From the NCBI RefSeq assembly GCF_025526975.1, contig NW_026515700.1:1-64000 (forward strand): a stretch of 64,000 nt of DNA, written 5' to 3'. Made by a program: the position numbers and the translations under genes. The notes beneath the pieces are model-generated. The model saw only the letters and a program-made list of their open reading frames with translations, was not told the origin of the DNA and did no database searches. Within the stretch, counting starts at the first letter, position 1; every line of letters begins with the position of its first letter. Below are positions 1 to 10,945 of the stretch, one piece after another. Source of the DNA: Fimicolochytrium jonesii. Lineage: Eukaryota.

Positions 1-2132
1 GCTAGAGTACTTCCTTGCTGCACGGCTGCATCTTTTGCCGAGGGCAAAGAAATTACAGCTTTGGACCTTCCCCGACTCCCAGCGTTTGAAATCACAGATT
101 GTCTTTGCCTGCTTTGTGGATGCACCGAACCATCAGCAGAATACCGCAATTCTTCGAGTTCTACTCAAGGAATTCCAGAAGCACTCAATTCCTGTTATCT
201 CAGTGTCGTGCGATGGGGCAAGTCATTCTCTTGCAACACGGGGGCTTGACCACCCGAATTTATTACTGCGGTAGGTTTGCTTGCTGCAACTCCAATAATG
301 AACAGTAACTCATCGTGTCATGTTTAGATTTGGCGCGCCGAGCTGGATGCGGTTGTGAAAGAGGGCAGGAAGAAAGCCGAGATCGTGGAATGTCTGAAGG
401 AAGAGGCCCATGAATATATTCTGCAATCCCGTGCTCAACAGTGGGATGGCATGCCCTATGGAATTGGCACACAATTTGTTCCACATCTACCTGCGGGTTT
501 GGAAACACTGCTGAGAAACTATCGCAGTGAGGGCGCCCCATTCTTTGCGACGATACTTGAGACCTACCTGTTTTTGCACGCATGGACTTGGTCGGCATCC
601 CTGAGTTGCAAAACCTTCTGGAGACGTCCAGATCTGGGCACTGACACGACAGGAACAACAATTCCGCATGTCGACATTATTGCCAGGCCAGGGGGGACAT
701 CCTGTTAACCTTGGACGAACTCCCACGATCTCGGCGCTTATTGTGGCAGCGAACACAAATCGTACATCTATTTCGCCATTACGAGAATGGCTCACACGTA
801 TCTGAGTGGAAAGGCGAATGGCTGAGAGGAGGACATCTGGCGACGATTTTTTTTTTCCCCTTATGTGCCGGAAGTGAACCCTTCTACCCGGGACCTTCCT
901 TTGATCATTTCCATAGACCCGGATCACATCATGAAGCGATTTAACAAACATGTTACGACATCCGGGTTCGGAGCCCACTTGAGGAAAGAAGCCTGGCTGA
1001 GCATCGCGGGAATGCCTGAACACGATGGGGTGTTTGGAACTTGGTGGTATAAGCGTGACAATCAGTGTGATGCTGATGCGAAGACCGGGTTTTGCAAGCA
1101 GGTCGCAGATATTCTGGAAGCAACGGGTTATGCAAAGGAAGCTGAGTTCTGCAATGTTCTCCGAGAATTCTTTGAAGCACTTGATCTGTCTGGTATTTCG
1201 CAGGATGATCGAGAAGGAAGGGTTGATCGTATGATTGATTGGCTGGCCGACAAGGTGTTACCTTTCATGTACGGGGAACCCTGCTTGTTGCATCTTCCTC
1301 AGACACCTTATGCATACCGCCACTCGAGGCTCACCTGCCCCCCAGCGCTTCTGCACGATGAAGAGACTGCTCTTCCCATTGAACTGTTGGAGGCGACACT
1401 AATCCTGTGTTTTGGGCGAAGAGCAATGATTCGCTTCTTGGAAAGCGTTCCTTGCAACAAAACATATGCCGAAACCTCTCCCGATCCTGAGAAATGCACC
1501 CCAGTCTTCAACGATTGCTGGCGACAGTCCAATGATGTGGAGAATCACTTTTCAGCATTCAACCAAATCCTCGGAAAAGGTATGCAACTTTATTCGTCGG
1601 CATAATATCGCGCCACTTACACTCTGGAGTTTGCATAGGTGGACGTGGGCAAGTCAACAAAGCCTCCCCAACCGATGCTTTCCTTGCGCTGAAGAAGCTT
1701 CTCATTGTCCACAAGGTACACGTGACAATTTTTGGTGGCAGATGCAAAATGACTGATCCTTGGCACCGCTTCCAGCACGAGATGAGCGTACCTGGCCAGC
1801 TTGGATACTCGCGACCCGTCGCACGCGGCCACTCTTACGAACAAAAGAGCTACTGCAAAGACATCACCAACTTGAGCGAGTTGTCAACCGGCCAGACACG
1901 TACTCAAGCCCGTAAAGTCACAACACTCGTGGGAAAAAGGGCCCGTGCCAACACGACCGCAACACCGTACCATGCCATTCGCTCCCTTCACCGGGTTGAT
2001 CACGATGTTGTTGGGCGTACAGCAAGTATCGCAACCACTGTACACTTGGCAACACCAAGCTCTACACCGACAATGACCCCACGTAAACGTGCACATGTAG
2101 AATTAGGCGTAGATAGCAGTTCACCAAAATGA
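1..2132 (+). pseudogene. P-element/THAP9-like DDE transposase, 5'-truncated by the window edge, decayed
   Basis: Motifs in order: VSCDGASH (catalytic D), GDDFFF..YVPE, SIDPDHIMKRFN (DxxH motif), RDNQCDADA, RQSNDVENHFS (catalytic E). Introns at ~275-328 and ~1580-1638. Apparent in-frame stops at 272-274 and 803-805 and a frameshift in the T/C run at ~847-862. Confidence 0.65.
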
Positions 2133-3657
2133 TTCGAAAAGACTTGTATATATTTGATACATAGTACGGTACATACAAAAACACACTCTACGACTCGACA
2201 TCTCCAGTTTTCCTCTGTACAGCATTGCGTACTTTGCTTTGCATATACATCGAATGCACATAACGATTGCCGCTCAAGTAGTCTGTCACTGAATGATGAA
2301 GAAGGTTGGCTCAGAACAGGGTTAAGGTACCCACTTCCTGCTTTAGAACAACACCTGCATCGATGAGTTCAAGATCTCCCCCATTGCCGAAGTCGCCAAA
2401 GGTGTACTGAGCTGTGAAACCCTTGTCCTTGACATCGAAGTGGCAATCGACTGTCGAATTCCAAATGTGGGTATGGGTGGACCAGCAATCGTCTTTTGGG
2501 AGAAATCCCTTGTTAGAGTCGATGAGACCCTTGATCATGTCACGGTTGGAAAAATATTCATCGGGGGAGGCGATCCAAGCCATCGCAAGTTTGGCGATAC
2601 CATGCTTGAGGTAAGCCTGGTGAATGGCATCAGCCCCAGGAGCCCTGCAGGGACTCGAAAATTAGTTGGGAGCTTTCATCAAGTCAACGACATCTACCAT
2701 CATACCTGTCAGCATTCTTACTACCAGTCACTTCGCCCACTGGAGTGACAGTTCCATGTCCACGACGAACCCAGGTTCCCGAATGAGTCGATCGTCATGT
2801 CTCGTACAACCTTTCTCGATGACTCCCAGCTCGCTCATGGGTATAGCAAACACTTGCTGTCCGAGAAACAGGTTGCAAATCTGGCCAAGGGGCTTGAATC
2901 CAGGCTTGATAGCACTTGGTCATTTCGTTCATTGCTTGCTTGCCAAATGCATTGGGCATATACAATGCAAGAATGATGAACTTATTGTCGCTGTCGAGGC
3001 CATAGATGATCGAGTCGGTAGTGAGAAGCAGAGTCGGAGGCTTCAAGTCTGCATCAGGTGGAGTTTGATGGAAGCAGCCTTGTACACGATTTGGAATCTG
3101 AGCGACAATGGTTACTGTCTCTTTGTTGTCAAGCCACTCCTGTACTTGTTGTGGGAGCGACACCCCAAAAGCAAGTGCCTTGGCATCGAGCTTGGGTGAG
3201 ATGCGAGGGGATACCAGCACCACTGGGCGATTGTACCCATGCTTGTCGACAACTCCAATCTGCGAGAGTGAAGGTGGTCTTCCAGCTCGATCGTCGTCCA
3301 CCAGTTTGTTGAACTTTTCTCGTTGCTGCAGGTCCCGAGCCCCTGGTGTCGTTTTCCTCTTCTTTGCTCGCACAAAGCCTGGGTCCTCCTAGGTCTCGCT
3401 GCCCCAACCACCGAGGACAGCGAGCCCCTCAGTGCCCCACAAAAACTGTCCCCCCACTCTCTCGTTTGCCCCCTTTGCATTCTCTGCATTGCCCCCCTTC
3501 GCTGCCCTCGCTGCTGCAATCCCTCCCTCTAATTCCTTCCAAATCCTTCTTTGGTGATATCGGGTGGGGCGACAGTCCTCACACCACCAGCAAGGGTTCT
3601 TGATAACAGCGCTCATACAGCAGAGTCGGTGGAACCATCCCCCATGTTCGCATACAT

Positions 3658-4188
3658 TGTTAAGAATGGGCGGAGCCGACGGAAATAGAGGCGACTTGTG
3701 GTGCAGGTTGTTGACAGGTAATGGTATTCAGACCGAAACAAGAACTAGAACAAGACTAGGAAGAACTGGTGTTGATCTGCTGGGGGATCAGGAAGTGGGG
3801 AGCTCAGGGGAGGCGGCTATTTATGCTTTTCTCGGAAGGCTGGGGAAGCGTGGGGAAGCAGAAGGGTACGGAATGAGAGGGAAGCCAAGAGAAGCGCCAA
3901 GGGTGGGGGAAGCATAGAAACAGAAGACTGGGGATGGGGTGGCTACGCTGAGGCTGTGGGCGGGTACGTGGGGAAGTATGAAGAAGGGTTTGTAAGCGCC
4001 GAGTGTTGGGAGGTGCGGCTACGTGCGGCTGCGTGGAGAAATGAAGGCAGTGGCAGGTGTGGGGTAGCGCGGCTGCGTGCGGCTGCGAGGTTTGGCAGAT
4101 GTCAGGTTTTGACAGGGAATTGACATTGACTGACTGTTGGGATGCTGTCATGAGGTAAGCGCATGGTATGGACGCGCCGTCCATAACA
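3658..4188 (-). repeat. 3' LTR
   Basis: Direct repeat of 9008-9538 with 5 differences found by eye; TGTTA...TAACA ends. Confidence 0.97.
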
Positions 4189-4200
4189 TCACCCCCTCCT

Positions 4201-7200
4201 TTAGCCACGGCGTCCGGATGTTGTTTTGATGTTGGCAGGCTTTGGTCGGGGCTTGTCGGGGTACTTTTGGTGGAACTGGGCAACAAGCTCTTGACAGCGG
4301 GCAAGGTGTTCCACTGGCTCCCATGTGTTCTCCGAGCTTGGCCAACCCTGCCACTTGATGAGGTACTGAAGGTGCGTGCGTCGAATATGGGAGTCAAGAA
4401 TGTCTTCCACAATCCATTCCTCCTGTCCTTTGACTTCTTCTGGTGGGGTGGGTTCTGGCTCAGTTCGCTCCGGAATGGTGAAACGTGGTTCAAGAAGGGA
4501 GACATGGAAGACGTTGTGAATTTTGTAGGATGGGGGAAGCTTGAGGCGATATGTGACCGAGTTGATCTTCTCCGTGATTGTGAAGGGGCCAATCTTACGG
4601 TGATCAAGTTTCTGGGAAGGTTGGAGAGTCTTGAGATTCCGCTGTAAGAGCCAGACACTGTCCCTGGGTTTCATGTCTGGGCCAGGTGCCCTCTTAGCAT
4701 CGGCAAAGCGCTTCATGCGTCCTTGGGCCTCCTTGAGCTCAGTGGCAAGCTGTTCATGGATTTCCTTGAGATGGTTGGCACGAGCTTCGGCTGCAGGATT
4801 AAGGGATTCGGTTGTGGTGGCGGAAGCCAGACTGAATCGAGGATGGAACCCATAGTTGGCGTAGAAGGGGGTTGTCTGGGTGGCGGAGTGGATGGTGTTA
4901 TTGTAAGAGAACTCAGCAGAAGACAAGAGTTCCTTCCAGTTATCTTGTTGATAGTTGCAAAAGCAGCGAAGGTATTGCTCAAGAATCTGATTGGTCCGCT
5001 CGGTTTGTCCATCGCTCTGGGGATGGAACGCCGATGAGAGGTTGACCTTGGTTCCCAGGAGAGCGAAGAGACGTTTCCAGAAGTGGGAGTTGAACTGTGG
5101 GCCACGGTCAGATACAATATCGTCGGGGAGTCCATGGAGCCGGATGACATGGTGCCAGATCAGATCTGCAGTTGACTCAGCGGTGGCAGTTTTCCTGCAC
5201 GGTACAAAGTGCGCCATCTTGGTGAACCGGCAGATGACAACGAGCACAGAATCAACCCCATCACTGGCGGGTAGATCCGTGATGAAGTCCATGGAAATTG
5301 ACCCCCAGGGGCGGTCAGGGACCTGCAGGGGTTGGAGGAGACCGTAGGGCTTGTGTCTGCTGGTCTTGGCTTGAGCACATACGTCGCAGGACCTGATGTA
5401 GGACTTGACAAAACGCCACTGGCTAGGCCACCAGTAGTTGCGTGAGATGAGCTCCAGGGTCTTTGACATGCCGTAGTGTCCTGCCAAACGCGTGTCATGC
5501 ATGCCCCGGCAGATCTCAGCACGGAGCTTGTTGGTGGGGACGTAGACAAGGTTGTCGTACAGCAGAACCCCATTTTTCTCGGAGAATCGCTTTATCCGTT
5601 CTTGGTCTTCTTGAGATTGCTGGGCAATGGGGGCCCTAAGCTGTCGCCGGATGGTTTGCGCAAACACATCGGATGCCAGGGCAGCTTTGATTTGGTCAAG
5701 GAGCGAGGAGTCCAGTGGGGTCAGATAAGTGGTGGCCAGGCGGAGGTGGTCAGGGGTGAGGATCGTGGTTTCCTGGGAGCGGAATGCTTCTTCCCCCTCC
5801 CTTAGCTCGTATTCAGAGCGACGAGAGAGGGCGTCAGCTTGGTGTTGCTGGGTACCAGGGCGGTATGTGATGACAAAGTCGAAATCAGCAAAGAAGATTG
5901 ACCAGCGGGATTGGCGGCGGTTGAGGGTACGGGTAGTCATGAAGTACTGGAGGTTCTTGTGGTCACAGTAAACAATGACCTTGTGGCGGGCACCAATGAG
6001 GTGGTGTCGCCATTGAGCAAATGAGTCTTGGATAGCCAGGAGTTCCTTGTCGTAGATCTCATAGTTGATTTCCTCAAGAGTAAATTTGCGGGAGTGAAAG
6101 GCCACGGGGTGGAGTTGATCTGTGTTGTCGGGTTGAAGGAGGACGGCGCCAAGGGCAAAGTCGGAGGCATCGGATTCGACAATGAAGGGCTTGTCAGGGT
6201 CGGGGTGAGTCAGGATAGGTGCGGAGGTGAAGGCTTTCTTGAGGGTTTCAAAAGCTAGGTGTGCAGCGTGGGTCCATTTGAATGGCAAGTCTTTGCGAGT
6301 GAGCGTGGTCAGGGGTGCAACGATCGCAGAGTACCCTTTGATGAATCGCCGGTAGAAGTTGGCAAAACCAAGGAAGCGCTGGATGCCTTTGACATTCAGT
6401 CGGGGGTTCCCATTCGGTAATGGCAGCCGTCTTCTTTGGGTCCATGGAAATGCCTTGCTGGGAGATGATAAACCCCAGGAACTCAACAGAGTCACGATTG
6501 AATTCGCATTTTTCCGGTTTCGCATACAGCCCGTGCTGGCGGAGTCGTGAGAGCACCTCTCGGACGTGGTTGGGGTGGTCTTCTGGGTTTTTTGAGAAGA
6601 TCAGAATGTCGTCAAGGTAGACCACAACAAAAACGTCGAGAATGTCACGGAATATGTCGTTCATGAGGTGTTGGAATACTCCAGGGGCATTGGTGAGCCC
6701 AAACGGCATGACATTATACTCGAATAGGCCGTAGCGACATCGGAACGCTGTCTTCCATTCATCCCCTGGCCGGATCCGAAGAAGGTTGTAGGCTCCCCGG
6801 AGGTCAATCTTGGTGAGCCGGCGTGCCCCTCGAAGACGATCCATGATGCTGTTAATCAAGGGCAAGGGATAGCGATTCTTGATGGTGATATTGTTGAGTC
6901 CACGATAGTCGACGCACAGACGGAGGGAACCGTCCTTTTTCTTGACAAAGAGGACTGGGGCACCGGCGGGAGACTTGGAGTGCTTGATGAACCCCTTAGC
7001 TAGGTTCTCTTCAAGGTAGTCACAGAGTGCCTGCATTTCAGGCTCGCTGAGACTATAGATCGGGCCGAACGGTGGCTGTTTGCCCTCTTCTAAGTCGATG
7101 GGACAGTCGTAGGGTCGGTGCTCTGGGAGGGTATCCGCGTTCTTCTTGGCGAAGACGTCCGCAAAATCTTGGTATTCTTCAGGAATGATGGCCTTCGGAT

Positions 7201-8056
7201 CTTTTGGAGGAGTGGTCGCCAGGGCTTGGGAATCTGACTTGGTCGGATTGGCGTAGGCAATGAATGCCTGGTCATGCCTTGCCGCCACACGGAAAGCTGG
7301 GGCGCTGATAAACGATACGTGGATCGGTGTGGGTGCTGGGTCCAGTGTGTTGGGTGTCTGGGCTAGGGAGACTGAAATCTCGTCTTGATGGATACGGATC
7401 AGAGGTTCAGGGGTTCTTGAGGGCTTCGGGCTAGGTTCTGTTGGCAGGGCATCCCAGGAGGCGTATTGTCCAAAACCGCAATGGCAGCGGACGCAAAGAG
7501 TGCGAGTCTTCCAGTGTAGCTCCACATCATGGAGCTCAAACCAGGGAAGCCCCAGGATGATTGGCGCATGCGGGGAACATGTCACATGGAATACCACCTC
7601 CTCAAAATGGTCGTTGACCCACATGCCCAAAGGTTGGGTGTGATGGGTAATGGAGCCCGCATGGCTGGGACGTCCGTCAACCAGTTCAAGCGCAATGGGG
7701 TCCTCCTTCTTGACAAGTGGGATGCGGTGCTTGCGGGCATAACTTTCGTCGATGAAGCACGACATCGCACCGGTGTCAAGTAGTGCTGAAAGCTGAACTG
7801 GAGCTCGCTGGGCCGATATCTGCAGGGTAACAGGGTACTCGAATGGTGAGGATGGGCCCAAAATCCGCATGGGTGAGGGTATCTCAGATCGGAGATTGAC
7901 ATTGTTGGTGGTCAGGAGAAGGGTGTTGCTGGAGATGCCAGGATCGGAGCAAGGTTTTGTGGCTTCTCCCTTGGCAGTACTTGCGTGGTGAGAAGGCCCA
8001 GGACAGGTGTTGCCCAGCTGCTCGGCCTTTACTGCAGCTGGACTTGGGCAAAATCC
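4201..8056 (-). CDS. pol: Pol polyprotein (protease, RT, RNase H, integrase, chromodomain), one frameshift near 6397
   Basis: LLDTGA, YLDD, ESDASD, H..GH..C..C, SMDFI, VSDRG, GQTER, GPF, and chromodomain EWIVEDIL...YLIKWQGW...TWEP. Confidence 0.96.
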
Positions 8057-8956
8057 TGGATGGGTGCAGGTTCCTTAACCGCGACATTCGCCGTGCGTAT
8101 CTTGTTTGGGCAGAGTTTGGCTATGTGGCCAGGTTTACCACAATAGAGGCAAAGTTTGTTTGTGATGCGGTGTTGGCGCTCTAGCGGTGTGAGGGGTCCT
8201 CGCGGACGAGCAGCGTCAATGACCATAGGGTCGTCTGGGCGGTTGTCGGGGCTCATGAGGGTGGGGCTAGTGGTAACTGGCACATATGGCTGTCGGTTCC
8301 TGCTTCGCTCTAGACGGCGCTCAAACAATCGGTTGTCACATTGGATGGCCTGTTCCATCACGGTGTCGATTGAGGCGGTAGGGGGCATCGTGAGCATTAA
8401 GTCCTTGACGTCCTTCTTTGAGGCCGCGACGGAAGGTGGCAATCAATGCCTGGTCATTCCACGACACATCGCATTGCAGCTGTCGGAATTCAGCTACATA
8501 CTCTGTTGCTGCACGGGTTTGTCGAAGGTTCTGGAGCTTGTTTTCGGACGTGCGGATCCTGTCGCTGTCTCCAAAGACTGCTTGCATTTGCTGGATGAAA
8601 TCATCCAGGTTCGTAAGGGAATGATGGTCTTGTTCGACAAGGGGCGCCAGCCAGGCCTGGGCGGTGCCAGTGAGGTAGGTGCCAATAGTTCGTATCTTGG
8701 TCTGATCGTTGGGGTAGCGCCTGGGTTGGAGGGCGAACATGAGCCGGATCTGGTTGAGGAACCCACGGAACTTGCTTCGGGTGCCATCAAATTTGTCTGG
8801 GAGACTGATTTTGGGTTCGGGGGCGTGGGTGGCAGGGGCAGTGGTCTGGGTTTGCGCTAGTTCGGCTTGTAGGGTGGTATTCTGTGCTCGAAGTTCGTCA
8901 ATCGCATTGCACATGGCTTGCCAGGCTTCGGCCGTGAGGGGAAGGGCGTCGGACAT
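8029..8956 (-). CDS. gag: Gag (PEG10/Ty3-like capsid + CCHC knuckle), one frameshift near 8413
   Basis: EPKISLPDKFDG, LQNLRQT..EYVAEF, FRRGLK/DVKD across the frameshift; LCLYCGKPGHIAKLC zinc knuckle. Confidence 0.93.
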
Positions 8957-9007
8957 GGTGATTTGGCGTGGAGGTACAGCGGCTGGGGGTTGTTGAGCAG
9001 ATCAAAC

Positions 9008-9538
9008 TGTTATGAATGGGCGGAGCCGATGGAAATAGAGGCGACTTGTGGTGCAGGTTGTTGACAGGTAATGGTATTCAGACCGAAACAAGAACTAGAA
9101 CAAGACTAGGAAGAACTGGTGTTGATCTGCTGGGGGATCAGGAAGTGGGGAGCTCAGGGGAGGCGGCTATTTATGCTTTTCTGGGAAGGCTGGGGAAGCG
9201 TGGGGAAGCAGAAGGGTACGGAATGAGAGGGAAGCCAAGAGAAGCGCCAAGGGTGGGGGAAGCATAGAAACAGAAGACTGGGGATGGGGTGGCTACGCTG
9301 AGGCTGTGGGCGGGTACGTGGGGAAGTATGAAGAAGGGTTTGTAAGCGCCGAGTGTTGGGAGGTGTGGCTACGTGCGGCTGCGTGGAGAAATGAAGGCAG
9401 TGGCAGGTGTGGGGTAGCGCGGCTGCGTGCGGCTGCGAGGTTTGGCAGATGTCAGGTTTTGACAGGGAATTGACATTGACTGACTGTTGGGATGCTGTCA
9501 TGAGGTAAGCGCATGGTATGGACGCGTCGTCCATAACA
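9008..9538 (-). repeat. 5' LTR
   Basis: Direct repeat of 3658-4188; TATA-like ATAAATA on minus near 9168-9174. Confidence 0.97.
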
Positions 9539-10945
9539 TACATCGCCCTTCCCCTCGCACCAGAGCCACCCCCCCAACAGAACCCTCTTTGCTACCATCT
9601 CCCTCGTTTCGTTTGGTTTGTTGCTTTCCCCACTGGTCCCAATGCCCGCAGCATTGTCGCTGTCACTGTCGCCCATGGTGGCCTTGTTGGCCATTGCAAT
9701 TACATCCGTCGCAATTGCAGTCTCGGTGGCAGGAAGTCTTATCTGTGAGAAGAGGTGAGTGAGTGTGTGTTTGTGTGTGTGGGTATGTGTGCGTGTGGGA
9801 GAAGCAGCCTTACTAGCTTGCACTGTTTGTGCCCACATGTCCTTTCGAGTTCAGGTATGTCGCGCAATTGCATTGTCGCAAAGCAGCCTCGAAGGTCAAC
9901 GGTGTCAACGGTCAAAGTCTGTGCATAAAGCCATGGCTTTTCAGTGGAAAGCCATGGCTATTTTGTGATACGCGCGGCACGGTCACATCCGATTTCGATT
10001 TCCTTGCCTTTACACCACCCTGCCTGCAATGCACGCCAAACGTACCCCCGGTTTCCCACGCAAAACTTACCCCACGCCAAAGCGCTCATCCGAGATCAAT
10101 TTCGCCACAACATATCAACCGCCTCTCCCTCTGATGACTATGATGTCACTCGTGGCCTTCGTGGGTTCGGAAAGGACGCTCCACAGTAGGCGGTGAAAAG
10201 TGAGGAGACGGTGGCCGAGTTTTGGTGAGTTACTCAGGTTGGACGCCGGCCCGCCCCCCCCCCCCCCCTCCCTCTTCCTCCAACAGTCGGGGCCTGTCAA
10301 TAGTCTGTCAGTCAGACCTTCGGCGGGGTCTATCTTTTTATCATTATAGAACAAAGTCTTTTGACACACAAGTTGCAAAAACTACTACATACAAACAAAG
10401 CCACCCATACAATGAGATTCAGTATTTTCTAGCACCCCCTCCTGTATTAGAAACTGCAGCTTCCCGTTTGGGACACTCTTCATAAAGCTTCCTGAGGGTG
10501 GAAAGTGGAATCTTTTCCCCCATTGAAAGCGCAGCTCGACGTAAGCGCGGAATTCTTATCTGAGTCAGCTCGTCGCGCGTCGGTGGAGTCGAAACCTATC
10601 ATTTGGCAGCATTTGGCGCGGCAGGCAGCGCGGCAGGGAGAGCTAGCTGGCGATCGCCCTCGCAATACGGGCGTCCGCGTTGTCCGTATTTTATTAGATG
10701 GGCACGTGACCGCGATTGGAGCTCCCTTTTGGAGAACGCTTCTGGGCACTGGGCAGGCTTCTGGGACTTCGCCAGATTCACAGCACAAGGGCAGACTCCG
10801 ATCAGAGCTCCCTCCCCTGCAGGTGACTTCGAGGAAGACAGTCAAGCGCCGCAGCCCTCCCACTCAACCCAACTTCAACACGGGTCCTTTCGGAAACTGT
10901 GTCCACGCAGAGCAACGCCGCAACTCATATTCAGGAAGTTCAGCA

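Larger units (their letters stand above)
3658..9538 (-). mobile_element. Full-length Ty3/gypsy chromovirus LTR retrotransposon
   Basis: Two 531-bp TG...CA LTRs. 5-bp TSD TACAT at 3653-3657 and 9539-9543. PPT (AAAGGAGGGGGTGA on minus) next to the left LTR. Gag-PR-RT-RH-IN-chromodomain order. Confidence 0.98.
2188..9873 (-). pseudogene. PHD finger + TET/JBP-like 2OG-Fe(II) dioxygenase gene, interrupted by an LTR retrotransposon
   Basis: Removing the retroelement and one TSD copy, and splicing 9743-9813, ~3389-3457 and an intron near 2645-2707, gives TCGHKQC...WLWCEGKGDVCEHGGWFHRLCC...WWCEDC (C4HC3). It continues HSGTW...DCHFDVKD (HxD)...FGDFGNGGDL...LF*ANLLHHSV...GNRY (distal H and R). TGA stops at 2795-2797 and 2311-2313. 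Confidence 0.7.

Noticed and set aside
2311..2313. TGA recoding (selenocysteine or alternative code) in the dioxygenase
   Set aside because: Host genes use TGA as stop; the gene is also broken by a retrotransposon, so CGA-to-TGA decay is simpler
9960..10480. Right terminus of the P-like element
   Set aside because: Cannot be placed because the partner end lies outside the window
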